The notes below the pieces were generated by a model that was given only the letters and a program-made list of their open reading frames with translations, was not told the DNA's origin and did no database searches. Below, piece by piece: positions 18,849 through 28,202 of a DNA stretch of 46,372 nucleotides. The position numbers and the translations under genes were made by a program. This DNA is from Hadesarchaea archaeon (lineage in GTDB: Archaea > Hadarchaeota > Hadarchaeia > Hadarchaeales > Hadarchaeaceae): the NCBI GenBank assembly GCA_014361095.1, contig JACIWF010000001.1, positions 1 to 46,372 of the forward strand, read 5' to 3'. Every line of letters begins with the position of its first letter. Positions within the stretch are counted from its first letter, which is position 1.

Positions 18849-19114
18849 ATTGCCTCGACGACCTCCATCGCCTTAAAGCTCTCCAGCACCTTTTTACCCT
18901 CCTCGGTTAGCTTGTAAATGCCCTCAGCCTCGGCCACCAGTCCTCTGGTGATCAAGGCGCTGAGATGTGCCTTCACTGGCCACCAGTCCTCGGAGCCGTA
19001 AAGCTCCTTTAGCTCACGCAGCTTTAGACCTCCCTTGCCGGCGATCAGGGTGAAAACCTTGCCAACTCCCGCCTCGTCGGCCTTCAACCAGTTAATGTCC
19101 TCGGCAACACCCAT
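18845..19114 (-). CDS. small winged-helix-like protein, function unknown
   Basis: 89 aa. 'LKLRELKELYG...VKAHLSALITRGLVAEAEGIYKLTEEGKKVLE' has a helix-turn-helix plus wing pattern. It starts 18 nt downstream of the ABCE1 stop on the same strand. Confidence 0.5.
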   Translation of the reverse strand: MGVAEDINWLKADEAGVGKVFTLIAGKGGLKLRELKELYGSEDWWPVKAHLSALITRGLVAEAEGIYKLTEEGKKVLESFKAMEVVEAI

Positions 19115-19132
19115 ACCATCACCTTAATTTTA

Positions 19133-20902
19133 TCAATGAAGATAAAAGTACTCGCCCCTCGCCCTCTGCTCTCTGTCCAAGGCGCTGTTGGGCTTGTTGG
19201 CCCTAGGCCGTCCGGTCTGCGGATCCCTTCGGAAGGTCACGCCAACCTCCTTCAAAAAGAGATTCATGCCCTCGCGCATTTCTAGGGGTCCATGAGTCCT
19301 GCCCTCCCGGCTGGGCTCACCGGTGAAAACCAGCAATCGATCTGAGATATAATCAATGCTGAGGACATCGTGGTCCACCACAAAGGCCACGGCCTCTCTT
19401 TTCTCGGTGGTTCTCCTTATGCACTTGGACATGTTCAACCGCTGCTCCACATCCAGATAGGCGCTGGGCTCGTCAAGCAAATAAAGGTCGGCCTGGCGCC
19501 CCAGACACGCGGCGATTAAAACCCGCTGCAGCTCACCGCCGCTTAGGTTCTTCAACTCCCTTTCCATCAGCGGCTCCACCTCCAGCGGTTGCAGAATATC
19601 CGGGGCAAAGGAGGGATCAAAATCCCCCAGCTGTTCGTGCAGCCACTCCTCAACCGTGCCCTCAAAATCGACTTTCAGATATTGTGGTTTATGTGAAACG
19701 GAGAGATTGAAATCAATTTTGCCCGAGGTGGGTCTTAATTCGCCGGCCAGCATGCGGACAAAGGTGGTTTTTCCCACCGCGTTCGGCCCCACGATCCCGA
19801 CCACCTCGCCGGCAAAAACTTCGCCGGGTGAAACCTCCAGCCGGAAATCCTTGAAGACCTTGACCAGCCGGGGAAAACTCAATAGCGGTTTTCCGCCTGA
19901 CACGGCCTTTGAAAGCGGCCTCAGCTCGAACTTTATGGGCTCCCTCCGGAACATTATATTCTCCTCGGGAAGGTAACCGTTGAGAAAAACATTTATCCCT
20001 ACCCGGACGCCCCGTGGAGAGGAGACGACCCCATAAACCCCCGGATTGCCGTAGAGAACATGAACATAGTCGGAAACATAATCCAGCATCGCCAAGTCAT
20101 GCTCCACGACCATCACCGCCTTGCCCGCGGCGGCCAGCGACCTGATCACCATCGCCGCGTTGAGACGCTGGTAAACATCAAGGTGTGAGCTGGGCTCATC
20201 GAAGAAATAGATGTCGGCCTCCCGGGCAACCGCCGCTGCTATGGCCAAGCGCTGCATTTCTCCACCGCTTAACATCTTTATCTCCCGGTTGAGAAAATCC
20301 CCGAGTGACAGCGAGCGAACCAGTTCCTTCACCACGCTGCGCTCATCAATTTTTTCAAGCAGCTCGGATGGTTTTCCCTTGACGGCCTTGGGCAGGTCAT
20401 CAACCGCCTGGGGTTTGTAGACCACCTTCATCCCATCGATTTTTTTGAAGTAATTCTGAAGCTCCGACCCCTTGAAAAATTCGATCAGCTCCCTCTGCGT
20501 CGCCTCTTCCTTGCCGAGGTTGGGCCTCAAGCGTCCGGCCAGGATCTGGAGCGCCGTTGTCTTTCCCACCCCGTTCTGACCCACCAACCCGGTGACGCTT
20601 CCGGCGCGCGGAATCGGCAGCTCAAAGAGGGCAAAACCGTTGGGCTGATAGCGGTGAACACAGCGGCCCTCCAGCTGGCTGGGGAGGTTAATGATCTTAA
20701 TTGCCCTCAGGGGACATTTGTGCACGCAGATCCCACAGCCGCTGCACAGCTGCTCCGATATTGCCGGTCTGCCCGTCTTTTCGTCGATCACTATCGTCTC
20801 ATCACCGGTCCTGACGCCGGGACAGTAGCGATGACACTCCAACGAGCACCTTTTGGGCTGGCAGAAATCCTGCCTTATCACCGCGAGTCTGGGCATATCC
20901 AA
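19133..20902 (-). CDS. ABCE1 / RNase L inhibitor homologue (ribosome recycling ATPase with 2x[4Fe-4S])
   Basis: N-terminal ferredoxin Cys clusters 'CQPKRCSLECHRYCP' and 'CSGCGICVHKCP'. Two ABC cassettes are present (GQNGVGKTT / LSGGEMQR; GPNAVGKTT / LSGGELQR). 589 aa. Confidence 0.95.
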   Translation of the reverse strand: MDMPRLAVIRQDFCQPKRCSLECHRYCPGVRTGDETIVIDEKTGRPAISEQLCSGCGICVHKCPLRAIKIINLPSQLEGRCVHRYQPNGFALFELPIPRAGSVTGLVGQNGVGKTTALQILAGRLRPNLGKEEATQRELIEFFKGSELQNYFKKIDGMKVVYKPQAVDDLPKAVKGKPSELLEKIDERSVVKELVRSLSLGDFLNREIKMLSGGEMQRLAIAAAVAREADIYFFDEPSSHLDVYQRLNAAMVIRSLAAAGKAVMVVEHDLAMLDYVSDYVHVLYGNPGVYGVVSSPRGVRVGINVFLNGYLPEENIMFRREPIKFELRPLSKAVSGGKPLLSFPRLVKVFKDFRLEVSPGEVFAGEVVGIVGPNAVGKTTFVRMLAGELRPTSGKIDFNLSVSHKPQYLKVDFEGTVEEWLHEQLGDFDPSFAPDILQPLEVEPLMERELKNLSGGELQRVLIAACLGRQADLYLLDEPSAYLDVEQRLNMSKCIRRTTEKREAVAFVVDHDVLSIDYISDRLLVFTGEPSREGRTHGPLEMREGMNLFLKEVGVTFRRDPQTGRPRANKPNSALDREQRARGEYFYLH

Positions 20903-20944
20903 CCCCTACTGGTATTACACTAACTTTTAAAAGAACCACACGTA

Positions 20945-21232
20945 ATGGGCATTGGTGAAAAGGTGCGGACGACGTATCTGCTGGGGATCATCGTCTTCCT
21001 CGCCGTCGTGCTGCCTCTCATCGGATTTTTCTTCAGCGGCGGATGGATCAAACTGATCGCCCAGATCATCCTGACCATTGTGCTGGCCGTGGTCATAGGC
21101 GCCACTGGGATTTTCGGCTACATCTGTATCAAGGCTCAAGCGAGGAAGTGGGGCGCCGGGCTAATCTTGGTTGCCATCATTTGTCTCCTGCTCGTCTTCT
21201 GGCTCTGGACGGGCAAGCCCCTCCTGATCTAA
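20945..21232 (+). CDS. small integral membrane protein (3 predicted TM helices)
   Basis: 95 aa, almost entirely hydrophobic stretches separated by basic loops (KAQARKWG). No recognisable family. Confidence 0.5.
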   Translation: MGIGEKVRTTYLLGIIVFLAVVLPLIGFFFSGGWIKLIAQIILTIVLAVVIGATGIFGYICIKAQARKWGAGLILVAIICLLLVFWLWTGKPLLI

Positions 21233-21311
21233 AATAAGGAATTCGAACGCCTCTTTGTCCCCATCTCCCAAATCGATTAGGGGTAGCCGATGATAACGGC
21301 GGTCAAGGTAT

Positions 21312-21566
21312 CTACTCTGTTTTTTTCCAAAATTCAGCGTTGAGCTGCTTGGCCCTGTCGTTCAGCTTCATCATGATGATGTCGCGCGCCTGCGTCCTCT
21401 CCAGGTCGCTCTCAAAAGATGAGCTCAGGCTCTCCAGACGCGGTCGGGCGAAGATTTCAAAGGCTAAGTTAATATCCCGGTCGGTCAGGGGACCATCCTT
21501 GACCTTATCGGCGAGGAACTCCGCCGACTTCTGAACTATCCAATCCAGCTCCGAAGATTCAATCAT
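21312..21566 (-). CDS. small acidic helical protein, function unknown
   Basis: 84-aa reading from ATG 21566 (MIESSELDWIVQKSAEFLADK...). The listed 185-aa ORF extends antisense into the nitroreductase gene, so I treat that extension as an artefact. Confidence 0.4.
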   Translation of the reverse strand: MIESSELDWIVQKSAEFLADKVKDGPLTDRDINLAFEIFARPRLESLSSSFESDLERTQARDIIMMKLNDRAKQLNAEFWKKTE

Positions 21567-21621
21567 CCAACCCACCAAAAGAAATTTTAACGCTCTTCTA
21601 TAAAATGAATTCGGAGATTGA

Positions 21622-22143
21622 ATGGACGTCTTCGAGGCAATCAAGGGGCGGAGGAGCATCCGCAGTTTTGCCCCTGAGCCCATCCCTGACGCCGATCTAG
21701 AGAAAATTCTGGAGGCGGGAATAGCTGCTCCAAGCGCGGGGAATTGCCAACCTTGGGAATTTGTCATCGTCAAGGATCCAGAAAACAAACAGAAACTGGT
21801 GCAGGCTGCCCGGGGCCAGAGCTTCTTGGCCGAGGCTGCCGTAGTCGTTGTGATCTGCGCTGACGTCAACAGGACCGCCGGCCGCTACGGTGACAGGGGG
21901 AGGAACCTGTACTGTATCCAAGACACCGCGGCCGTGGCACAAAATATCCACCTCGCTGCCTACGCCTTGGGCTATGGTACCTGCTGGGTTGGAGCCTTCG
22001 ATGAAAAGGCGGTCGCTGCGGCCATAAAGGCGCCCGATGGTGTCAGGCCGCTGATAATGATTCCAATCGGCAAGCCACGCGAAAAGCCGAAGCCCACCTC
22101 AAGGGCACCCTTAAAGGAGAGAACACACCTAGAATCCTTTTAA
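21622..22143 (+). CDS. nitroreductase-family flavoprotein
   Basis: 'VFEAIKGRRSIRSFAPEPIPDADLEKILEAGIAAPSAGNCQPWEFVIV' is the canonical nitroreductase N-terminal block. 173 aa. GGAG lies 6 nt upstream of the ATG. Confidence 0.88.
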   Translation: MDVFEAIKGRRSIRSFAPEPIPDADLEKILEAGIAAPSAGNCQPWEFVIVKDPENKQKLVQAARGQSFLAEAAVVVVICADVNRTAGRYGDRGRNLYCIQDTAAVAQNIHLAAYALGYGTCWVGAFDEKAVAAAIKAPDGVRPLIMIPIGKPREKPKPTSRAPLKERTHLESF

Positions 22144-22166
22144 CAAAATCATCCACTCGAGGCGAT

Positions 22167-23099
22167 TTAACTACCTCGATAAATATCGGTGACCATGAGC
22201 GACTCAGCATCAAGCATTTCCAAAAAGGTCCTACGAACCCTAGCGATGTTTTTCCCGCTGGCGAGGGCAAAAACCGCACGCCCGATCATGACTTGGCTGG
22301 CGCCGATTGCCCCAGACTTCTCAGCCTCCCTAGCCAGCTCCCTCAGCTCGTCGTCGAAAAGTCCCAACTTTTCCGCAAACTCTTTTGAAGCGGTGACGAA
22401 GGTATGGATGTTCGGCCGCTCCAGAACTTTATTCAAGGCGATGGCCCCGAACTCTCCGGCGCGTCTCCTGAAATCAGCTTCGCTCAGAAGTTTCTTTGAG
22501 GGAATTGGTCCCAAGGTGGCGCAGATAACTTTAAACCCCGGGGGCACCCTTATCCGCCTCCATTTTCCATGCGGTGGGGCTCCAGGCTCAAGACCAATGA
22601 CGAGACCACCGCAGGCCTGTGCACCCACATCGCCCAGTCCGGTGTAACAGGTGACCTCAGCCACATGGGCCGCTGCCACCAATTTCCCTCTGGGAAGGCT
22701 CAGGCGCAACGCCCTCGCCAGGGAAAAAGCCGTCCCCAGAGCTCCGGCTCCGCTCGCCCCATAACCGGCGCCCACAGGCACCTCAGTGAAATGATCTATT
22801 CTCACCCGAAAGCTGGCTCCCGTCAGACTCAAAATTTGCTCCGCTGCCGTCAGCGTCGTCTTGGCATCGGGCGCAGGCCTGCCGTTAATGAACACCGCCA
22901 CTTCGTTGCGGTCGGAGCTTTCAACCTTAACCTCAGTCCTGACGCCAAAATCCAGGCAGGGGCCGCAGTTCCTCGATCCCATCCTCTCAGGGGTGCTGGC
23001 ATCACAGGGTTGAAAAAAACCGGAGATGTGCGCCGGGACAAAAGCTGTCTCACTTGAAGACTGCTTCCGCAACTTCAACTTCGTCAGCCTGATCACCAA
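22167..23099 (-). CDS. pantoate kinase (archaeal CoA pathway, GHMP kinase superfamily)
   Basis: 'AFVPAHISGFFQP' N-terminal block and the GHMP motif 'VPVGAGYGASGAGALG'. It is adjacent to coaBC and PPAT. Confidence 0.8.
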   Translation of the reverse strand: MVIRLTKLKLRKQSSSETAFVPAHISGFFQPCDASTPERMGSRNCGPCLDFGVRTEVKVESSDRNEVAVFINGRPAPDAKTTLTAAEQILSLTGASFRVRIDHFTEVPVGAGYGASGAGALGTAFSLARALRLSLPRGKLVAAAHVAEVTCYTGLGDVGAQACGGLVIGLEPGAPPHGKWRRIRVPPGFKVICATLGPIPSKKLLSEADFRRRAGEFGAIALNKVLERPNIHTFVTASKEFAEKLGLFDDELRELAREAEKSGAIGASQVMIGRAVFALASGKNIARVRRTFLEMLDAESLMVTDIYRGS

Positions 23100-23103
23100 T
23101 CTA

Positions 23104-24309
23104 TCAGAGTTTGCCTATAGCCAAATCCAAAATCTCTCTTGCAATCTCCGCCTTGGTTGCCCTCATCTTTCTCCAGCCCGATCTCGTGACGATGAGCACC
23201 TCATTAGTATCTGTGCCAAACCCTGCCCCCGGCCTGCTCACATCGTTTGCCACCACCATATCGAGCCCCTCGGCCAGCTTGGCCTCGGCGGCACGGCGGA
23301 GTTCATCATCGCTAACGCCATATTCGGTCTTGAAACCGATGACAAAGGAACCGGGGGAGAGTTCACGCACGCCTGAGAGCACCCGGGGAGCCGGAACTAA
23401 CCTAAGCGTCACGGGTTCGGTGTGTCTGAGCTTGCGCTCCGCTGGTCTTTCCACCATGAAATCCTGAGGAGCCGCCGCAGAAACAACTATGTCAGGCTGC
23501 CGCTCAAGCTCCTTTAAAAAAGCATCTCGCATCTCCTGCGTCCTCTCCACTCTAATCACCCTGACTCCCACTGGCGGGACCTCGTTGCCTGGACCATAGA
23601 CCAGGGACACCTCAGCGCCTCTGGCTGCGGCCGCACGGGCTATGGCCAGGCCCATCTTTCCCGTACTCCTGTTGGTGATGATCTTGACCGGATCTATCGG
23701 TTCGATGGTGGGGCCAGCCGTGACCAGAACCTGCCGACCCACCATGTCCTTAGGACCAAGTGTTTCGATGACAAGCTGAACAATCTCACCGACCTCAGCT
23801 ATCTTGGCCCGGCCCTCCTCAACCCTCGGTCCCAGAACCTGTGTCCCGACCGAGCGGAGCTTGGCCAAGTTCTGCTGGAAGAGTTCGTGGGAAAACATCG
23901 ACGCGTGCATCGCGGGAACCACCACCACGGGTTTTTTCAGCCCGAGGGCAACGGAGACAACTGAGGTCACCGGAGTATCATCAATAGCACAGGAGATCTT
24001 GGCAATCGTGTTGGCGGTGGCGGGAGCAACTAAAATCAGGTCGGCCCACTCCGCCAGCTCCACGTGCTCCAACCTGCCAGTGAGCCTGACGACGACCTCG
24101 TTACCGGTGGCCCAGTGCATTAAATCGGGCGTTATCAGCTGGGTGGCCTGCGGAGACATGCAGGCGCGCACCTCAGCCCCGTGACGCATGAGCTCCCTCG
24201 CCAGCTCAGGACACTTGACCGCGGCAACGCTGCCTGTGATGCAAAGGGCGATCTTGCGGCCGCTGAGCTCTGAGCCCCTTGTGCCCAAGATATCCTTCGA
24301 CGGATGCAT
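23104..24309 (-). CDS. coaBC: bifunctional phosphopantothenoylcysteine decarboxylase / phosphopantothenate-cysteine ligase
   Basis: Flavoprotein half 'KIALCITGSVAAVKCPELARELMRHGAEV...APATANTIAKI'. Ligase half 'VLVTAGPTIEPIDPVKIITNRSTGKMG'. 401 aa. Confidence 0.92.
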   Translation of the reverse strand: MHPSKDILGTRGSELSGRKIALCITGSVAAVKCPELARELMRHGAEVRACMSPQATQLITPDLMHWATGNEVVVRLTGRLEHVELAEWADLILVAPATANTIAKISCAIDDTPVTSVVSVALGLKKPVVVVPAMHASMFSHELFQQNLAKLRSVGTQVLGPRVEEGRAKIAEVGEIVQLVIETLGPKDMVGRQVLVTAGPTIEPIDPVKIITNRSTGKMGLAIARAAAARGAEVSLVYGPGNEVPPVGVRVIRVERTQEMRDAFLKELERQPDIVVSAAAPQDFMVERPAERKLRHTEPVTLRLVPAPRVLSGVRELSPGSFVIGFKTEYGVSDDELRRAAEAKLAEGLDMVVANDVSRPGAGFGTDTNEVLIVTRSGWRKMRATKAEIAREILDLAIGKL

Positions 24310-24367
24310 AAACCCAACGCCACCTTCGCGCTTAAACGTTGTTTAGTCCCGATTTAAAGCTTAGTCG

Positions 24368-24850
24368 CTAAATCCTAGATCGGTTCAACTTTTTGCCGTG
24401 GATGTCGATCTCACCATAGCGAATTCTTATTGATGAGATCGGCTTGCCATCCTCGGCGAGAACAAAAGGTACCACCACAATTTCCAATGGATGCAGACCT
24501 TTTGAGATCCTGATCCTGTTTATCTCCTCGGCCCTCACCTTCGTCTCCGGACTGACGACTATCGCGTTGATGTTTCTGTCGCTGACTGCAGTTCCATAGG
24601 GGTCGGACAAAATATTTACCTCCGTGCGCTCCAGCCAGCCCCGGTTATGCAGTTCATTCAGAAGCCTCCACAACCTGATGGCCAGCGGCTGGATGCCGGC
24701 GGAGTCCTTCATGAGCAGCTGCTGCATCTCGTCCGAGCAAATGCCAATGACAACGCGTTCCCCGACCTCATAGGCCTTGGAGATGAGGGCGAGGTGCCCG
24801 TTATGCAGGTAGTCAAATGTGCCGCCAATCACAACTTTCCGGAACTTCAA
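24368..24850 (-). CDS. phosphopantetheine adenylyltransferase, archaeal/eukaryotic type (cytidylyltransferase fold)
   Basis: 'VVIGGTFDYLHNGHLALI' (T/HxGH nucleotidyltransferase motif). 160 aa. CoA gene neighbourhood. Confidence 0.85.
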   Translation of the reverse strand: MKFRKVVIGGTFDYLHNGHLALISKAYEVGERVVIGICSDEMQQLLMKDSAGIQPLAIRLWRLLNELHNRGWLERTEVNILSDPYGTAVSDRNINAIVVSPETKVRAEEINRIRISKGLHPLEIVVVPFVLAEDGKPISSIRIRYGEIDIHGKKLNRSRI

Positions 24851-24864
24851 GCCAACACCGACCT

Positions 24865-26202
24865 CTAGAGTTTCCTTTCAGCTTCGAGCCACTTTTTCCT
24901 CAAGGGACGGTGGGTAAAAGGTTTGGCCTTAGAACCCAGATAGTCGGCCACAACGTGACCGTCGCCGAGCAGATAGTATTTTGAAGTGGTCAGCCCCTCC
25001 AAGCCAACCGGGCCGCGGGCGTGAATCTTGCCCGTAGAAATACCGACCTCAGCTCCTAGCCCATAGCGGTAGCCATCGCTGAACCTGGTCGAGGCGTTGA
25101 GCATCACGCTGGAGGAGTCGACTGCGGTGAGAAAAAGCCGGGCGCTTTTCCTGTCCTCGGTTATTATGGCATCGGTGTGTTTGGAGCCGTAGGTGTTGAT
25201 GTGGTCTATGGCCTCCTGAATGCTGTCGACCACCTTGATCGAGATGATCAGGTCCAAATACTCGGTGCGCCAGTCCCTCTCGGTGGCGCGTTTGGCCGAA
25301 GGGAGGATTTTCCTTACCCTTTCATCGCCTCTGATTTCAACTCCGGCTTCGCTGTAAAGCTTGCCCAGTGGTCTCAAGAACCGCTCCGCGATCCTGCTGT
25401 GGACCAAGATCGTCTCCACGGCGTTGCACACGGCCGGGTACTGCACCTTGGCGTCATAGCAGATCTTCAACGCCTTATCGATGTCGGCGTCGGCATCAAC
25501 ATAGATGTGGCAGAGCCCCTCGGCGTGACCCAAGACCGGAATTCTGGTGTTCTCCTGGATGTACCTAACGAACTCCCTGCTCCCTCTGGGAACCAGCAGG
25601 TCGATGAAGTCATCCAGCCTCAGCAGTTCCCTGACTTCCCTCCTGGCTTCAATCAATTGGATCCAACCCGTTGGGATTCCGGCACTCTCGCTGGCTCCTT
25701 TGATCACCCTGAAGAAGGCCTCATTTGAACGTCTGGCCTCGCTGCCTCCCTTGAGAACAACGGCGTTTCCTGACTTTAGACAGAGTGACGATATCTGCGG
25801 CAGCACGTCGGGGCGAGCCTCAAATATTGCGCCGATGACCCCGATGGGGCAGGAAACCTTGTAAAGTTCCAGGCCACGATCGAGTTCCACGGCATATAAA
25901 GTCCGTCCCACAGGATCATCAAGCTCGGCAACGCTTCGAATCATCTTAACTATGTCTTTCAGCTTGTCCTCAGAGAGTTTGAGCCTCTGCAGCAGCGCTG
26001 AGGTGATCCTGCCCCTCTTCAGGAGCTTCTCGGCTGCCCTCAGATCTTCGGCGTTGGCCTCTAAAATGGACTCCTTGCTCTCCAAAATGGCCGAGGCGAT
26101 CTTCAACAGGGCGGAGTTCTTAACCCCGGTCGTGACGTTGGCCAGCTTCAGAGCCGCCCTCCTGGCCGCAGCCGCCTTTTCAACCACCTCGCTCATCTTC
26201 AT
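24865..26202 (-). CDS. proA: gamma-glutamyl phosphate reductase
   Basis: Aldehyde dehydrogenase-like sequence with 'PIGVIGAIFEARPDV', 'GNAVVLKGGSEA' and 'HTDAIITED'. 4-nt overlap with proB. Confidence 0.93.
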   Translation of the reverse strand: MKMSEVVEKAAAARRAALKLANVTTGVKNSALLKIASAILESKESILEANAEDLRAAEKLLKRGRITSALLQRLKLSEDKLKDIVKMIRSVAELDDPVGRTLYAVELDRGLELYKVSCPIGVIGAIFEARPDVLPQISSLCLKSGNAVVLKGGSEARRSNEAFFRVIKGASESAGIPTGWIQLIEARREVRELLRLDDFIDLLVPRGSREFVRYIQENTRIPVLGHAEGLCHIYVDADADIDKALKICYDAKVQYPAVCNAVETILVHSRIAERFLRPLGKLYSEAGVEIRGDERVRKILPSAKRATERDWRTEYLDLIISIKVVDSIQEAIDHINTYGSKHTDAIITEDRKSARLFLTAVDSSSVMLNASTRFSDGYRYGLGAEVGISTGKIHARGPVGLEGLTTSKYYLLGDGHVVADYLGSKAKPFTHRPLRKKWLEAERKL

Positions 26203-26996
26203 CTCACCGGAAGAAATAAGGTCCCAATTTCCTCCCCATCCAAAATTCTCTCCAAGACCTTTTCCTCATTGCTGTTAGCTATCACCACCGGGATTCCCTT
26301 CTCCGTGGCCATCCGGGCCGCCTTGATCTTGGTGAGCATGCCACCAAAGCCCTTGAAACTCCTGCCGACATAACGCTCCACCTTCATCGTCCCATCAACC
26401 GTTTTAATCAGCTTGCCGCGGTTGCCCCGCCGGGAATAGTCCATGAAAAGACCGTCGACATCGGTCAGGATCACAAGCAGGTCGGCCGAGGCGCCTACTG
26501 CCACATAAGCAGAGAGGATGTCGTTGTCACCCAGTCTTATCTCGTCAGCGGCCACACTGTCGTTCTCATTCACTATCGGAACCACGCCCCATCTCATCAA
26601 TGTGGAGAGCATGTTTCTAAAGTTCCGGTAGCGCTTGGGGTCGTTGAAGTCCTCCGCCGTCAGCAGGATCTGCGCCACCGGCTGCTGATACTCTCCAAAA
26701 TATCTGGAATAAACCTGCATCAGCATGCCCTGCCCCACCGCCGCGGTCGCCTGAAGCGCCGGGATGTCCTTGGGCCTGCCGTTGAGGTTGAGCCGTCCCA
26801 CACCCGCACCTATTGCTCCCGAGGAAACAATTATGACCTCCTTACCTCGAGACCGCAGGCCCATCACATTGGACACCAGCCTGCCGATCTTCTCAGGATC
26901 AAGCCGGTGCCGCTCATCGGTGATGCTTCTGGTGCCTATTTTAACCACGATCCTCTTCGCCCTGGCCAGCTGTTTCCTCTGCGTCTCCCCGTCCAT
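26199..26996 (-). CDS. proB: glutamate 5-kinase (no PUA domain)
   Basis: 'RIVVKIGTRSITDE', 'VIIVSSGAIGAG' and 'PIVNENDSVA' amino-acid kinase blocks. 265 aa. Confidence 0.92.
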   Translation of the reverse strand: MDGETQRKQLARAKRIVVKIGTRSITDERHRLDPEKIGRLVSNVMGLRSRGKEVIIVSSGAIGAGVGRLNLNGRPKDIPALQATAAVGQGMLMQVYSRYFGEYQQPVAQILLTAEDFNDPKRYRNFRNMLSTLMRWGVVPIVNENDSVAADEIRLGDNDILSAYVAVGASADLLVILTDVDGLFMDYSRRGNRGKLIKTVDGTMKVERYVGRSFKGFGGMLTKIKAARMATEKGIPVVIANSNEEKVLERILDGEEIGTLFLPVR

Positions 26997-28202
26997 CTAG
27001 CACACCATTGGAACCCTCTTTAGCTGCGAGAGCACATAAGACCTTATCCTGTCCACCGACTCCGGCTCCGCCACGACCTTTCCACTTTTTATCAACGGCT
27101 GGAGAAGCGGTGAGGTCTTCCCGCCGCAGCTGGGACACCGCGGCGATCGTTCCCCAAATAGCGTTACCACGTCCTCGAGACACTTTCGGCATCTCCAGAC
27201 CTGCTTTCTCCCACCGAGCTTTCCCCGCTTGGCCACTGGCTTCCCATCCATCTCAACTATATCCATGGCGAAATCGATCGTCGGTGCATTGCTCAGAGAT
27301 GTTCCGATTCCAAAGCCATCCACTCCCGCCTTGACCAGCTCGGTTATGTTCCGGTCGTTTATTCCACCTGAGACCACTATCTTCACCTGGCGATAACCGC
27401 GGATGTCAAGCTCCCACCTGATCTCCTTAATTATCTCGGCGAAGTTGCCCCTTCTCGAACTTGGGGTGTCCAGCCTGACTCCCCAGAGATTTTTACCCAA
27501 GGCCTCGGCAGCCATGATGGCCTCCGCCTTCTCGTCAAAATAGGTGTCGATCAAAGCCACTCTATTCACCCGGCGCGAAATCACCTCGTCAAAGGCCTTC
27601 CAGGCTTTCACCTGATCGCCGAAGACGACGATCAGCGCATGGGGCATTGTTCCCATCGGCTCCTTCCCTATCTTCTTGGCTCCGGACAGGCTGGAGACTC
27701 CATCAAACCCGCCGAGGTATGCCGCTCGGTCTATCATCGGGGAAAGAGCCGGGTGGACGCGCCTGATGCCGAAGGAGACCAGCAGCTTTTTCCACGCCAG
27801 CTTTCTCAATCTGGCGGCCATCGTGGCCACGCCTGACGCCTGACAGATCAATCCCAGCAGCGGCGTCTCCAGCTCACAAAAACTTCCATAAGGTCCCTCG
27901 ATGACGATGACCGGCAACCTGTTGCCAGAGTGATCCTGCGGGCGGAAAATGGTCCCCTCCGGGATCGTGTAGACATCGACCGGACAACCCTCAAAGAGTG
28001 TGGCCACCTCATCCAACCCGCAGAGGACACCCCAGGGCCAACCCTCCGGGAGTCCTGCGGTGGTCACCTCAGCCACCACTCTTTTTCCATCGAGCCCCTT
28101 CGCCTTCAGGACCTGAGTCGTCCGGACGAAGTAGATATCGGTGGTCTCGCCCTTTTTTATCTCCTCATCCGTGGCCACGTTGAAGGTCCTCATTTTCCCC
28201 AC
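26997..28202 (-). CDS. pncB: nicotinate phosphoribosyltransferase, archaeal type with C-terminal zinc ribbon
   Basis: 'TDIYFVRT', 'GTMPHALI' and 'VRLDTPSSRRG' type II PRTase blocks. C-terminal 'CRKC...CPSCGG'. Its stop abuts the proB start. Confidence 0.85.
   Translation of the reverse strand: MGKMRTFNVATDEEIKKGETTDIYFVRTTQVLKAKGLDGKRVVAEVTTAGLPEGWPWGVLCGLDEVATLFEGCPVDVYTIPEGTIFRPQDHSGNRLPVIVIEGPYGSFCELETPLLGLICQASGVATMAARLRKLAWKKLLVSFGIRRVHPALSPMIDRAAYLGGFDGVSSLSGAKKIGKEPMGTMPHALIVVFGDQVKAWKAFDEVISRRVNRVALIDTYFDEKAEAIMAAEALGKNLWGVRLDTPSSRRGNFAEIIKEIRWELDIRGYRQVKIVVSGGINDRNITELVKAGVDGFGIGTSLSNAPTIDFAMDIVEMDGKPVAKRGKLGGRKQVWRCRKCLEDVVTLFGERSPRCPSCGGKTSPLLQPLIKSGKVVAEPESVDRIRSYVLSQLKRVPMVC

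Noticed and set aside
21567-21869. N-terminal 101 residues of the listed 185-aa ORF (21312-21869, minus).
   Set aside because: This part is antisense to the nitroreductase N-terminus and is Ser/Ala/Thr low-complexity. Only the distal 84 codons are non-overlapping.
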